From: Myxococcota bacterium
GTDB lineage: Bacteria; Myxococcota_A; UBA9160; UBA4427
Length of the DNA stretch: 64,000 bases
Assembly: GCA_965250285.1 (NCBI GenBank)
Contig: OZ252299.1
Coordinates: 5,856,001 to 5,920,000, forward strand
Direction: 5' to 3'
Shown here: positions 27,027-37,494 of the stretch, piece by piece
Numbering within the stretch: the first letter of the stretch is position 1
Layout of the letters: each line of letters begins with the position of its first letter
Position numbers and translations under genes: made by a program
Notes under the pieces: model-generated
Database searches by the model: none
What the model was told of the DNA's origin: nothing
The model's input: the letters and a program-made list of their open reading frames with translations, nothing else

Positions 27027-29735
27027 CTACGACACCGGCGTGAGATCCTGGGTCTTGCCCTCGAGCGCGCTGTTGATCGCGGCCAGCATGACGGCCGGCT
27101 CGAAGGGCTTCTGCAGAAACGCGACGTCGCTCGGGATCTCGACGCCCTCGCCGTCGGCGGCGGGATAGCCCGACATCAGGACGACGGGCAGGTCGGGTCG
27201 CAGCTCGCGAAGTCGGCGCATGAGCTCGATGCCCGACATCCGGGGCATGACCACGTCGCTGACGACGAGGTCGAGGCCGGCGCCGAGGTCGCGCGCGCGC
27301 TCGAGCGCGTCTTCGCCGTTCTCGGCCTCGACGACCTCGAACCGCGCCGATCGCAGTGTTCGCACGGCGAGCCGGCGGAGCGTCGGCTCGTCCTCGACGA
27401 GCAGGATGCGTCGCACGGCTTGCGCGCCCGCGCGCGCGGGCGCGACGGTCGGCGCTCGCTGGCCGGCCTCGGCTGCGTCGGCCATGGGCAGGTGGATCTC
27501 GGCGCGCGTGCCCTGGCCCGGCTCACTATCGAGCACGAGGGTGCCCCCGCACTGGCGAGCGAGGCCATGCACCATCGGGAGGCCGAGCCCCGTGCCCTCG
27601 CCCTCGGGCTTGGTCGTGTAGAACGGCTCCATCACGTGCTCGACGAGATCGGGATCGATGCCCTCACCCTCGTCGCTCACGGAGAGCACCACGTAGGGGC
27701 CGGGATCGAGCGCGACCGGCCGGGCACCGCCCGACGTCGAAGCGTCGTGGACGACACGGCGGGTCTTCACGCGCACGGTGCCCCCGTCGGGCATCGCGTC
27801 GCGGGCGTTGACGACGAGGTTCACGATCGCCTGCTCGAGCTGACCGCGATCGGTGCGCACCCAGGCGCACTCGCTCGAGAGCGAGATCGACAGCTCGATC
27901 GACTCGCCGATCAACGGGCGCAGCATCGATTCGAGACCGGTGATGACGTCATTTGCGTCGATGACCTCGGTCTGCAGCACCTGGCGGCGACTGAACGCGA
28001 GCAGCTGGCGCGTGAGGTTGGCCGACCGTCGGGCGGCGCGGTGGATCTCTTCGGCGTCGTGCCGCAGCTCGCCATCGAGGTGGTCGGTCAGGCTCGAGCT
28101 GTAGCCCGAGATGACGGTCAGCATGTTGTTGAAGTCGTGCGCGATCCCGCCGGCGAGGCGGCCGACCGCCTCCATCTTCTGTGCGTGGAGCAGCTGCTGT
28201 TCGAGCTCCTTGCGCGCGGTCAGATCGTGCACGTTGGCGAGCGTGCAGGGGCGGCCGTCGACGTCGATCCGCGTTGCCGAGATCAGGTACGTGCGCATCT
28301 CACCGCCGCGGCCCCGCACGGGGACCTCGACCGCGGGCACCGATCCGCCGTCGCGGATGACGTTGCGCAGGGCCTCGCGGTGCTCGGCAGGAAAGTCGAA
28401 CTGGAACTCCCAGGGCGTGCGTCCAATGACCTCTTCGCGGGTCGACGCGGCCATCTCCCGCAGCCACTGCTCGTTGCACTCGACGATGGCGTCGGTCTCG
28501 AGATCCATGATGACCATCGCGTCGGGATGGTGGCGGAAGGCGCTCGAGAAGCGGTGCTCACTCTCGCGCAGGGCCTGCTCGGTGCGGTGGCGCAGTACGG
28601 CCGAGGCCAGCAGCTCGGTGAGCAGGCGCAGGCTCGCGCACTCGGCCTCGTCCCAGGTCTTCTCGTCCTGCGTGGTCTCGAAGGTCTGGTAGCCGATGAC
28701 GTTGCGCTGGGCCTGGATCGGAACGCAGAGCCACGACACGACGCCGCGTCGCTCGAGGTACGCACGCTCGGCAGCGGCGGCCTCGGGAAGCTCACTCGGT
28801 CGGCGGGCCTGTCCGATGTGGCCTCGGCCGATCAGGCCCGTGGTCCAGCCGTACTTGCGAATGCCGGTCGAGAGATCGTTCTCGACGGTCGAGGGGTCAT
28901 CGACGGCGACGCCCCAGGCCAGACGCCCCACGTACTCGCCGTCGCGGATCAGCCGAAGGATCGTGCGATCGGCCCCCGCGAGCTGCGCGGTCTGTTCGAG
29001 CGCGCGTTGCAGCTCGTGTTCGAAGGCTTCGAACGAGACGTCTTGAAGCCGGCGCGAGATCTCGATCAGCGTCTGCTGTCGCTCGGCCGAAGCGCGCGCC
29101 TGCGCGCTACCCGCTTCGGCTTCTTCTCGGGCCCGCTGTGCTTCGGCGAGTGTCTCGTTGCGCACGGCATCGTACAGCGACGCGATGATGCCGACCGTGA
29201 AGACGACGTTCAGGGCATCGCGGATCAGCGGTCCGGGCACCGGGCCCGGATCGAGGTCTTCGCGGGCCAGCCAGTCGACGGGCAGCTGTGGCGTCAGGAG
29301 CACGGCGCCCACCGAGAGACCGGTGAAGACCAGGCCCACGCGCCAGCCCGCCACGAGCACGGCGACGAGTGGATACACCGAGAAGGCGAACAGAGCGCCG
29401 ACGTTTCGGCCGCCTGCGAGCGCCGAGATGAGCAGCGTGTGGAAGAAGAGCAGGCTGACCAGGGTCTTCGCGAGCAGGCCGATCGAGCCATAGCGTCGCG
29501 AGAAGAAGACGATGCCGAGCGTCGCGCAGCCCCACCCGAAGTTGAGGACGGCGAGCCGCCAATCGTTCTCGAGCCAGATCGTGTTCGCGGCGGTGGCGAA
29601 GAGGATGCCTGCCCCGAAGAGCGCGGCCGTGACGAGGAGCCGCGCGCGGCGGCGATCCTCGATCGTCTCGTTCTCGACCGGCGGTGCGAGGGTGTCGACC
29701 CAGGGCCGGATGTGTTCCGCCAGCGCGCTCAACAT
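27027..29735 (-). CDS. Hybrid sensor histidine kinase (TM region-GAF-PAS-HisKA-HATPase-REC)
   Basis: GGIAHDFNN, NLVVNARDAM, DEGEG, FYTTK, GTGLGL, ILLVEDE, SDVVMP, FLQKPF. Confidence 0.95.
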   Translation of the reverse strand: MLSALAEHIRPWVDTLAPPVENETIEDRRRARLLVTAALFGAGILFATAANTIWLENDWRLAVLNFGWGCATLGIVFFSRRYGSIGLLAKTLVSLLFFHTLLISALAGGRNVGALFAFSVYPLVAVLVAGWRVGLVFTGLSVGAVLLTPQLPVDWLAREDLDPGPVPGPLIRDALNVVFTVGIIASLYDAVRNETLAEAQRAREEAEAGSAQARASAERQQTLIEISRRLQDVSFEAFEHELQRALEQTAQLAGADRTILRLIRDGEYVGRLAWGVAVDDPSTVENDLSTGIRKYGWTTGLIGRGHIGQARRPSELPEAAAAERAYLERRGVVSWLCVPIQAQRNVIGYQTFETTQDEKTWDEAECASLRLLTELLASAVLRHRTEQALRESEHRFSSAFRHHPDAMVIMDLETDAIVECNEQWLREMAASTREEVIGRTPWEFQFDFPAEHREALRNVIRDGGSVPAVEVPVRGRGGEMRTYLISATRIDVDGRPCTLANVHDLTARKELEQQLLHAQKMEAVGRLAGGIAHDFNNMLTVISGYSSSLTDHLDGELRHDAEEIHRAARRSANLTRQLLAFSRRQVLQTEVIDANDVITGLESMLRPLIGESIELSISLSSECAWVRTDRGQLEQAIVNLVVNARDAMPDGGTVRVKTRRVVHDASTSGGARPVALDPGPYVVLSVSDEGEGIDPDLVEHVMEPFYTTKPEGEGTGLGLPMVHGLARQCGGTLVLDSEPGQGTRAEIHLPMADAAEAGQRAPTVAPARAGAQAVRRILLVEDEPTLRRLAVRTLRSARFEVVEAENGEDALERARDLGAGLDLVVSDVVMPRMSGIELMRRLRELRPDLPVVLMSGYPAADGEGVEIPSDVAFLQKPFEPAVMLAAINSALEGKTQDLTPVS

Positions 29736-29948
29736 CGGGTGTGACCGTTCCCCTCGTCGTCGCCCCGGGCGCGCGTGCCGTCCCCCGCGCCGCGCTCACC
29801 CGGTGCGCCGCTGGATCGGGGCGGCGCCACCGGAATGTAATCGATGAAGCGAAGGTGAGCTGCGAAGCCATGGGCGGCCGAGGATTCGCCCCGCGGGCCA
29901 GCTCGAGACGCAGCACGGTGTAGAGGCGCGGCAAGCCGCGCGTGCGCG

Positions 29949-30269
29949 TCAGTCGGCGACTTCGTCACCTGCTGCGCGCATGCCGGCGTCGCGGGCGCGC
30001 TCGAAGCGTGCCTCGTGACGGAACCAGACCAGCGTGCCGGCGCAGAGACCGCCGAACCACGAGAACGTGGCGACCTGCGCGTCGAAGCCGGGGCCGCCCG
30101 AGAGCCACGAGATGCCTGGTACGGCCATGAGCATCAGCAGGCCCTTCTGGACGACGTACCACTCGAGGCCGCGCGCCCGGATCCGGGCCCAGCGGGCGTA
30201 CTCATCGCGATTCATCGATCGCGGATCGCTGTGGTGTGCCGATGGCACGGTCCACTTGAACGTCTTCAT
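29949..30269 (-). CDS. Small hypothetical membrane protein
   Basis: SD GGAGGGG, two hydrophobic segments, W.RIRARG...YV pattern. Confidence 0.6.
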   Translation of the reverse strand: MKTFKWTVPSAHHSDPRSMNRDEYARWARIRARGLEWYVVQKGLLMLMAVPGISWLSGGPGFDAQVATFSWFGGLCAGTLVWFRHEARFERARDAGMRAAGDEVAD

Positions 30270-30322
30270 GCCCGGCCCCCCTCCGGCTCGACTCGACGTA
30301 CGGATCTGGTCTCTCCTACGTC

Positions 30323-30349
30323 GTATCGGCAGCTTTTTCGGAAAGTTGA
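30323..30349 (-). promoter_or_regulatory. sigma28 (FliA/WhiG)-like promoter
   Basis: Minus strand TCAA-N15-GCCGATAC, close to the TAAA-N15-GCCGATAA consensus, upstream of 30269. Confidence 0.55.
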
Positions 30350-30372
30350 ACCGGGAGGTGCCGGGCGGCGAA

Positions 30373-31761
30373 TCAGGTCTGGGGCTGGGGCTCTTCGGTC
30401 TCGAGGGCGGCCTGGATCTCTTCGAGGGTGAGCCCCTTCGTCTCGGGGGCGTATCGGAGCACGAGGAGGGCTCCCAAGACCGGGCCGATCGCGACCACCG
30501 CGATCGAGTTGGCGATGCCGAGCCAGTAGATGAAGAAGCCGATGGCGGCCGGGGTCACGACCTCGGTGATCCGTCCGGTCAGGTTCGTCGTCCAGGCGTA
30601 CCCCGTCGCCCGGATCTCGGTCGGGAAGAGCTCGCTCGCGTAGACGTGGGTGGCCGTATTGGCGGCGCCGAAGCAGAAGACGGTCGCGACCATCCAGAGG
30701 TACTGCCCGAAGAGCGTGGTGTGCTGGTAGAGCAGGGTGATCGAGATCGCGGCCGCGAAGTAGAACCCCGCGCACGTCCACTTGCGGCCGACGCGCTCGA
30801 TCAGCCAGGCCGCGACGAAGTGGCCTGCCGTGCCGCCGAAGTAGCCATAGAAGACGATGTCGCCGACGGTGTGTGCGCTGAGCCCGAGCTCCTCGCGCGC
30901 GAAGATCACGTAGTAGACGACCGACGGTCCGGTCACGACGTGGACCGAGTTCCAGAGCAGGGTGACGATGGCGGTGCGCCGCCGGTAGCGCTTCTCCCAC
31001 GGGCGTCCGGCCTGACGCAGCACCTCACGCCAGCCGAGTGAGACCGCCCGCTCGCTCTGCACGGCCTCGAAGCGTCGCGTCTCGCGCATGCCGACGCGCA
31101 GCACCACGATGAGCAGGAGCGGCAGAAGACCGAGGGCGTAGAGGGCGCGCCAGTTCTCGCCGTCCTGCTCGAGCCCGAGCAGACTCTGGGCAAAGGTCAC
31201 CATGGCCATGCCGGTCGAGTGAATGAAGTTGCCCTCGGCCCCTTCGGGCAGCAGGACGAAGGGCTGCACGCCCTTGGCCATCACCATCACGCCGACCGTG
31301 GCCAGGCTCGTGAGGATCGCGATCGCCCGACCTCGGTGACGTGCCGGGAACTCCTCGCCGGCCATGATGACCGCCAGCGAGTACTCGGCGGTAAGGAAGA
31401 GCCGCGCCAGAAACTGGCAGGCCATGAACTGGGTCTTGTCGGTGACGAGCGCCGTGAGTCCGTTGAACACGGCGAATCCGACGATCGTCAGCATCATCAG
31501 GTTGCGGCGACCGAATCGGTCGGCCTGCAGCATGAAGAGGAAGCTCGCCCACACGCCGACGCGGATGAACGAGTTGATGAATCCCCACTCGGACAGATCG
31601 ATCCCGAGCGTCCGCCTCGACTCAGGAGCCGCGAAGCTGAGCATCCCCGAGTCGAACCCGTCGAACAGGGTCGCCGTCGACAGCAGAACGAAGAGGAACC
31701 ACAGGTACGGCGTCATCCGATCGACTTCGACCGGTGTGCCGGGGCGCTGGGGGGCCGTCAT
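30373..31761 (-). CDS. MFS transporter (aromatic acid/sugar porter-like)
   Basis: FDGFD, ADRFGRR, EEFPARHRG, ELFPTEIRATG, PETKG. Confidence 0.92.
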   Translation of the reverse strand: MTAPQRPGTPVEVDRMTPYLWFLFVLLSTATLFDGFDSGMLSFAAPESRRTLGIDLSEWGFINSFIRVGVWASFLFMLQADRFGRRNLMMLTIVGFAVFNGLTALVTDKTQFMACQFLARLFLTAEYSLAVIMAGEEFPARHRGRAIAILTSLATVGVMVMAKGVQPFVLLPEGAEGNFIHSTGMAMVTFAQSLLGLEQDGENWRALYALGLLPLLLIVVLRVGMRETRRFEAVQSERAVSLGWREVLRQAGRPWEKRYRRRTAIVTLLWNSVHVVTGPSVVYYVIFAREELGLSAHTVGDIVFYGYFGGTAGHFVAAWLIERVGRKWTCAGFYFAAAISITLLYQHTTLFGQYLWMVATVFCFGAANTATHVYASELFPTEIRATGYAWTTNLTGRITEVVTPAAIGFFIYWLGIANSIAVVAIGPVLGALLVLRYAPETKGLTLEEIQAALETEEPQPQT

Positions 31762-31869
31762 GCCCCGATGCTACACGCTCGAAGCCGACTTGCGTCGGGG
31801 GCGGCACAGTCGACGGGTCGGCCGCGATCGGCGGAGCGCCTCACGGATCCCGTGCTGGCGTGGTTGCTG

Positions 31870-32457
31870 TCACGACGCCGCGCTGCCGTCGAGGCCGACC
31901 GACCTCGGTCCCTCGATCTGGGTGTCGTCGTCGAGGGGCGTGCGGCGCAGCGCTTCGGCGAAGCGCGCCGCGCGCGGCGGGAGCCCCTGTGACTCGAATG
32001 CCCGCTTTGCCCGTGCGACCGCTTCGGCGAAACGCTCACTTGGCCCCGTGTTTCCGTCGAGATTGTCCGCCGACAGGTGGAACGTGTGGCCGCAGGCCTC
32101 ACTCAGGATCCACTCGAGCGCCTGAGGTCTCGCCTCGACCTGCTCGAAAGCCTGCTGCTGATCGAAGCTGCGTCCGTCGGGGTGATACCAGTAGCCGTAG
32201 TCGTCGAGCGCCCGCCGCGCGGCACCTGCGAGGCACCAGTGCGCGATCTCGTGGAGCGCACTCGCGAAGTAATCCTCGCGGTACACGATGCGATGGGGCT
32301 TCGACTCGGGTGCGTCGCTCGCGATGTAGAGGGGCTCGTCGCCGCCGCCCTCGATCGTCGTCGAGAACTCCCGCCTGAAGCAGGCGTGAAAGATCGCCTC
32401 GAGTCGCTGCAAGCGGGACGCGCCCACGGCTGCATCGTTGGGTTCGGCCGTGCTCAT
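31870..32457 (-). CDS. epmC: Elongation factor P hydroxylase (EpmC/YfcM family)
   Basis: GGGDEPLY, YFASALHEIAHWCLAG, DYGYWY.PDGR, FEQVEARPQALEW, LSADNL. Confidence 0.88.
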   Translation of the reverse strand: MSTAEPNDAAVGASRLQRLEAIFHACFRREFSTTIEGGGDEPLYIASDAPESKPHRIVYREDYFASALHEIAHWCLAGAARRALDDYGYWYHPDGRSFDQQQAFEQVEARPQALEWILSEACGHTFHLSADNLDGNTGPSERFAEAVARAKRAFESQGLPPRAARFAEALRRTPLDDDTQIEGPRSVGLDGSAAS

Positions 32458-32549
32458 CGCATGTGCACCCGCGCCGTCGTGAGCGCCATCGCCCGTACCG
32501 AATTGCGCCTAAATCGACCCATACGGGCTCTCTTCGGCCGGATCGGGAG

Positions 32550-32565
32550 TGGCACGCATGTTGAA
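32550..32565 (+). promoter_or_regulatory. sigma54-type -24/-12 promoter of the nirB operon
   Basis: TGGCACGCATGTTGAA (GG-N10-GA, one deviation at -12). Confidence 0.6.
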
Positions 32566-32640
32566 AGTCATGGGGTCAGTCTACACCGGAAGCCGGCCTT
32601 CGCGCCGTGCCTCCGGCCTCCCGAGTGCCGGCGAACCGGT

Positions 32641-32770
32641 CTCGCAATGATGCGAGCCGCTGAGCGAAGAGCACGGCTGCTCGGGAAGACCCAGCCAGGG
32701 TGAGTCGGAGACAAGGGCGTCTCCACCTCGCGATCCGAGCGACGGATCGGCGGAGGGGGGGCGCCTTTTT
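32641..32770 (+). promoter_or_regulatory. ANTAR-responsive leader: hexaloop hairpins plus overlapping intrinsic terminator
   Basis: CTCGC-AATGAT-GCGAG (32641-56), GAGC-ACGGCT-GCTC (32669-82) and GGAGAC-AAGGGC-GTCTCC (32707-24), all with A1/G4 loops; the last overlaps a terminator stem ending GGCGCCTTTTT. Confidence 0.8.
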
Positions 32771-32871
32771 CATTCGGGCGACCCGCCTGCGCCCGAGAGC
32801 GCGAGCACGAATCGAGCGCGGCCGAGCCGCGGTGAGAGCCAGAGATCAGAAGAAGAGGAAAGAGGAGAGCC

Positions 32872-35808
32872 ATGCAGGTGGAAGGGCGCGAGCGCATCTT
32901 GGTCATCGGTAACGGCATGGTCGGGCAGCGCTTCTGCGAGCGACTGGTCGAGCTGGGCGGTATTGACCGGTTCGAGATCACCGTGCTCGGCGAAGAGCCG
33001 CGACCGGCCTACGACCGCGTGCACCTCTCCGAGTTCTTCGCCGGCCGGTCGGCCGACGAACTCGCGCTCGTCGGCCTCGACTGGTTCGCCGAGCACGGCG
33101 TGAACCTCGAGCTGGGCGCCCGCGCCCAAGCGATCGATCGCGCCGGAAGGAGCGTCACGACGACCGACGGCCGCACCTTCGCGTATGACCAGCTCGTCTT
33201 GGTGACGGGCTCGGCTCCGTTCGTGCCACCCATCGACGGCATCGATCTGCCGGGTGTCTACGTCTATCGCACGATCGAAGACCTCGAGGCCATTCGCGAT
33301 CGCGGCGCGAAGTCGCAGCGCGCGGCCGTCATCGGTGGCGGGTTGCTCGGCCTCGAGGCCGCCAAGGCGCTCGTCGAGATGAAGCTCGAGACCGCCGTCG
33401 TCGAGTTTGCGGATCGCCTGATGCCGCGACAGGTCGACGACGCGGGCGGTGCTCTGCTGCGGGGTGCGATCGAGGATCTCGGCGTGAAGGTGATGCTCGG
33501 TGCACGCACGCAGTCGGTCCTCGGCGACGAAGGCGTGACCGGACTCCGCTTCGACGGCGACGATGATCTGCCCGTCGACATGGTGGTGGTCTCGGCCGGC
33601 ATCCGGCCGCGAGACGAGCTGGCCCGCGACGCGGGCCTCGCCGTCGGCGAACGCGGCGGGATCGTGGTCGACGACCACCTCACGACTTCGGATCCGCACA
33701 TTCACGCGATCGGCGAGTGCGCGCTCTACGAGGGCTTCGTCTACGGCCTCGTGGCCCCGGGCTACGAGATGGCGGCGACGCTCGCGAGCCGACTCTTTGG
33801 CGGCGAAGACACGTTCACCGGCGCCGACATGTCGACCAAGCTCAAGCTGCTCGGCGTCGACGTCGCCTCGTTCGGTGACGCATTTGCCGATGAGGCACAG
33901 GGAGCGACACACATCGAGCCGGTCGTCTTTGAGGATCGGCTGCGCGGGGTGTATCAGAAGCTGCTGGTCGATCGGCACGCTGAGAAGCTCATCGGCGGCA
34001 TCCTCGTCGGTGACAGTGAGCCCTACGCCGTGCTCGCCGATGCGACGCGCCGCGGGCGCGATCTGCCCGATCGCCTCGAGAGCTGGCTCTTTGCCGGCGT
34101 CGCAGGAGATGACGGCGGTGGCATGCTCGACGACGACGGGGCGCAGGTCTGCTCGTGCAACGACGTCACGGTGGGGGCCGTGCGCGAGTCGGTTTCGGCG
34201 GGCGGTTGTCAGACGGTCGGCGAGATCAAGACGTGCACGAAGGCCGGGACCGGCTGCGGGGGATGTCTGCCGCAGCTGACGAAGATCCTCGCCGACGAGC
34301 TCGAGAAGTCGGGGCTCGAGGTGAGCCAGTCGATCTGCGAGCACTTCGACTATACGCGGCAAGAGCTCTACTGGATCGTGAAGCTCGGCCGGATCGAGAC
34401 GTTCGATGCCCTGCTCGCGAGTCACGGCCAGGGGGACGGCTGCGAGGTGTGTCGCCCGGCGGTCGCGTCGATCCTCGCAACGACCTGGAACGATCTGGTG
34501 CTCAACCACGCGTCGATTCAGGATACGAACGACCGATTCCTGGCCAACATCCAGCGCGGCGGTACCTACTCGGTGGTGCCGCGGGTGCCGGGCGGCGAGA
34601 TCACGCCCGAGAAACTCATCGTGCTCGGCGAGGTCGCCAAGAAGTACGACCTCTACTGCAAGATCACCGGCGGGCAGCGCATCGACCTGCTGGGCGCCCG
34701 CGTCGAGCAGCTGCCCGACATCTGGAAGGAGCTCGTCGAGGCCGGGTTCGAGAGTGGCCATGCCTACGGCAAGGCGATGCGCACCGTGAAGAGCTGCGTT
34801 GGATCGACCTGGTGCCGCTACGGCGTGCAGGATTCGGTGGGCATGTCGATCCGGATCGAAGAGCGCTACCGCGGCCTGCGCGCGCCCCACAAGCTGAAGA
34901 GCGCGGTTTCGGGATGCATTCGCGAGTGCGCCGAAGCCCAGAGCAAGGATTTCGGCGTCATCGCCACCGAGCAGGGCTGGAACCTGTACCTGTGCGGCAA
35001 CGGTGGCTCGAGCCCCCGCCACGCCGATCTGTTCGCCACCGACCTTTCCGATGACGAGCTGATCGCGCTCTGCGACCGGTTCCTGATGTTCTACATCCAG
35101 ACGGCGAAGCCGCTGCAGCGGACGGCGCGCTGGATCGAGGAGCTCGACGGGGGCATCGAGTATCTGAAGCAGGTCATCGTCGACGACGTGCTCGGCATCT
35201 GCGCGCAGCTCGAAGAAGACATGCAGCGACTCGTCGACACGTACGCATGTGAGTGGAAGGCGGTTGTCGACGACCCCGAGCGCCAGAAGGAGTTCCGGCA
35301 CTTCGTCGAGAGCCGGCTGCCCGATCGTGAGCTCGCATTCGTGCAGGAGCGCGGCCAGAAGCGACCGGTCGACTGGCCGGCTGTCGCCGAGGCCGAGCTT
35401 GCAGCGCGCACGGACACCCCGACCGAGGAGACCGCGGGCTGGGTTCGCGTCGCGAAGGTCGGCGATGTACCGCAGGACGGCGGTCGCGCCTTCGACCATG
35501 GCGGCGCGCAGATCGCAATCTTCCACTTCGCGCGCCGCGGCGAGTGGTACGCCAGTCAGAACGCGTGCCCGCACCGCAAGGACATGGTGCTGTCGCGCGG
35601 GCTGCTCGGGACCGACGGTGACGAGCCGAAGGTCGCGTGCCCGATGCACAAGAAGACGTTCTCGCTGCGCACCGGCAAGGGCTTGAACGATCCCTCCTTC
35701 GCTATGGAGACCTTCCCGGTCGAAGTGCGCGGTGATGACGTGTGGGTCAAGCTGCCGCCCTCGTCGACGCTCAAGCAGCGTCTCGGCTGCGCGGGGTCGT
35801 GCGGGTGA
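32872..35808 (+). CDS. nirB: NAD(P)H-dependent assimilatory nitrite reductase, NirB with fused C-terminal NirD Rieske domain
   Basis: VIGNGMVG, VIGGGLLG, CSCN..CGGC, KSCVGSTWC..SGCIRECAEA, then CPH..CPMH. Confidence 0.95.
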   Translation: MQVEGRERILVIGNGMVGQRFCERLVELGGIDRFEITVLGEEPRPAYDRVHLSEFFAGRSADELALVGLDWFAEHGVNLELGARAQAIDRAGRSVTTTDGRTFAYDQLVLVTGSAPFVPPIDGIDLPGVYVYRTIEDLEAIRDRGAKSQRAAVIGGGLLGLEAAKALVEMKLETAVVEFADRLMPRQVDDAGGALLRGAIEDLGVKVMLGARTQSVLGDEGVTGLRFDGDDDLPVDMVVVSAGIRPRDELARDAGLAVGERGGIVVDDHLTTSDPHIHAIGECALYEGFVYGLVAPGYEMAATLASRLFGGEDTFTGADMSTKLKLLGVDVASFGDAFADEAQGATHIEPVVFEDRLRGVYQKLLVDRHAEKLIGGILVGDSEPYAVLADATRRGRDLPDRLESWLFAGVAGDDGGGMLDDDGAQVCSCNDVTVGAVRESVSAGGCQTVGEIKTCTKAGTGCGGCLPQLTKILADELEKSGLEVSQSICEHFDYTRQELYWIVKLGRIETFDALLASHGQGDGCEVCRPAVASILATTWNDLVLNHASIQDTNDRFLANIQRGGTYSVVPRVPGGEITPEKLIVLGEVAKKYDLYCKITGGQRIDLLGARVEQLPDIWKELVEAGFESGHAYGKAMRTVKSCVGSTWCRYGVQDSVGMSIRIEERYRGLRAPHKLKSAVSGCIRECAEAQSKDFGVIATEQGWNLYLCGNGGSSPRHADLFATDLSDDELIALCDRFLMFYIQTAKPLQRTARWIEELDGGIEYLKQVIVDDVLGICAQLEEDMQRLVDTYACEWKAVVDDPERQKEFRHFVESRLPDRELAFVQERGQKRPVDWPAVAEAELAARTDTPTEETAGWVRVAKVGDVPQDGGRAFDHGGAQIAIFHFARRGEWYASQNACPHRKDMVLSRGLLGTDGDEPKVACPMHKKTFSLRTGKGLNDPSFAMETFPVEVRGDDVWVKLPPSSTLKQRLGCAGSCG

Positions 35809-37469
35809 GCGCAGCCATCCGAGACGACGTCGAAGGCGGGCTGTCGCTCGTCGACCTGCTCCTGCAGGAGCAGTCCGACCTCTCAGCGGTCGAGCGCTTT
35901 GCGCTGCGCGAGGTCGATGCGCAGGCCCCGGCGATGGAGCCCTTCTATGAAGAGCTGATCCCGTCGGGCCTGCCCGGTGTCGGTGAGCAGTATGCGTTTC
36001 GCGTCGACCTCGACAGCTGTACCGGATGCAAGGCGTGCGTGACGGCCTGCCATAGCCTGAACGGGCTGGATGAGGGAGAGACCTGGCGGCGGGTCGGTCT
36101 GCTCGTCGGCGTCGAGCAAGGCGAGGCGGTGCAGCAGACGGTGACGGGCGCTTGTCACCACTGCGAGGATCCGGGCTGCATGTCGGGCTGCCCGGTGCAG
36201 GCGTACGAGAAGGATGAGGTCACGGGCATCGTCCGTCACCTCGACGATCAGTGCATCGGCTGCAAGTACTGCACGCTCACCTGTCCCTATGACGTGCCGC
36301 AGTACAACGAGCGACTCGGCATCGTGCGCAAGTGCGACATGTGTACGGGTCGGCTCTCGGAGGGCGAGGCGCCGGCGTGTGTGCAGGGCTGTCCGAACGG
36401 CGCGATCTCGATTGCGATCGTGCCCCAGGGTGGCGCGGCGGCCGCCGAGCGCGAGCTGCTCCCGAGCACCGGTAGCGAGCTCGTGCCGACGTCGATCACG
36501 CGGCCGAGCACGCAGTACGTTCATCAAGTGGAGCCGACCGCGGGACCGCGCGAGCTGCTGGCCGCCGACCGGGACGTCGTCGAGCCGAATCACGCGCACT
36601 GGCCGCTGGCGGTCCTGCTGGTGTTCGTGCAGACCTCGCTCGGCTTGACGGCCGTAGATTGCATCATGCGGCTCTTCGGCGTGGGGGGCCTCGCGCCCGC
36701 GGCCTGGACCCTCGCAGCGATCGGGGCCGCCGCAGCCGGTCAGGCGGCTGCCTTCCTTCACATCGGTCGCCCGCTCTACGCGTGGCGCGCCGTGCTCGGT
36801 TTGCGCACGTCATGGATGAGCCGCGAGATCGTCGCGCTCGGGCTCTATCTCGGCGCGCTCACGCTGCACTTCGCGGTCGCGACCGTGGCCCCGACCTTCG
36901 CGCCCGATCTCGCCGCGTCGCTGCCGATCGGTGCAGGCGTGACGAGCTTGCTCGCGGTCGCTGCGGGTGCGCTGGGGGTGACGACCTCGGTGATGATCTA
37001 CGTCGTCACGGGCCGCCCGCTCTGGTCGCTGAAGCGCACCGCGCTGCGATTCGCGAGCACGGCGTGGATCCTCGGCACGGCGGGGGGGGCTGCCATCGCG
37101 CTGATCACCGGCGCGCCTCTCGTGGTCTCGCTCGGCCTGTCGAGCGCCGGTGCGCTCGCCTTGGCGGCCAAGCTGCTCATCGAGGCGCGCGTGCGCGACA
37201 CCGACGTTTCATCGGATCGGACGGCGCTCGTGCGCAGCGCGCGACTCGAGCTCGGCGTGCTGGCCCCGCGCGTGCGAATGCGCACGATCCTGGCCGTCGC
37301 GGGTTTTGCCGCGCTGCTCTTGGCGACGTTCGTGAGCGCCGCGGGCGCGCCCGTCGCGCTCGTGGGCGTCGTTGCGCTCGTGGGAGCGGGCGCCTGCTTC
37401 GGGGGCGAGCTCGCCGAGCGACATCTGTTCTTTGCGGCTGAAGCGTCGCGCGGCATGCCGGGCGCATGA
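35805..37469 (+). CDS. Fused DmsB-like 4x[4Fe-4S] ferredoxin and DmsC-like membrane anchor
   Basis: [79 protein letters not shown] overlap with nirB. Confidence 0.88.
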   Translation: MSAAIRDDVEGGLSLVDLLLQEQSDLSAVERFALREVDAQAPAMEPFYEELIPSGLPGVGEQYAFRVDLDSCTGCKACVTACHSLNGLDEGETWRRVGLLVGVEQGEAVQQTVTGACHHCEDPGCMSGCPVQAYEKDEVTGIVRHLDDQCIGCKYCTLTCPYDVPQYNERLGIVRKCDMCTGRLSEGEAPACVQGCPNGAISIAIVPQGGAAAAERELLPSTGSELVPTSITRPSTQYVHQVEPTAGPRELLAADRDVVEPNHAHWPLAVLLVFVQTSLGLTAVDCIMRLFGVGGLAPAAWTLAAIGAAAAGQAAAFLHIGRPLYAWRAVLGLRTSWMSREIVALGLYLGALTLHFAVATVAPTFAPDLAASLPIGAGVTSLLAVAAGALGVTTSVMIYVVTGRPLWSLKRTALRFASTAWILGTAGGAAIALITGAPLVVSLGLSSAGALALAAKLLIEARVRDTDVSSDRTALVRSARLELGVLAPRVRMRTILAVAGFAALLLATFVSAAGAPVALVGVVALVGAGACFGGELAERHLFFAAEASRGMPGA

Positions 37470-37494
37470 GCGCGGGCACGAAGGAAAGGGCCGA

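Noticed and set aside
32770..35649. 959-aa minus-strand ORF
   Set aside because: Antisense shadow of nirB.
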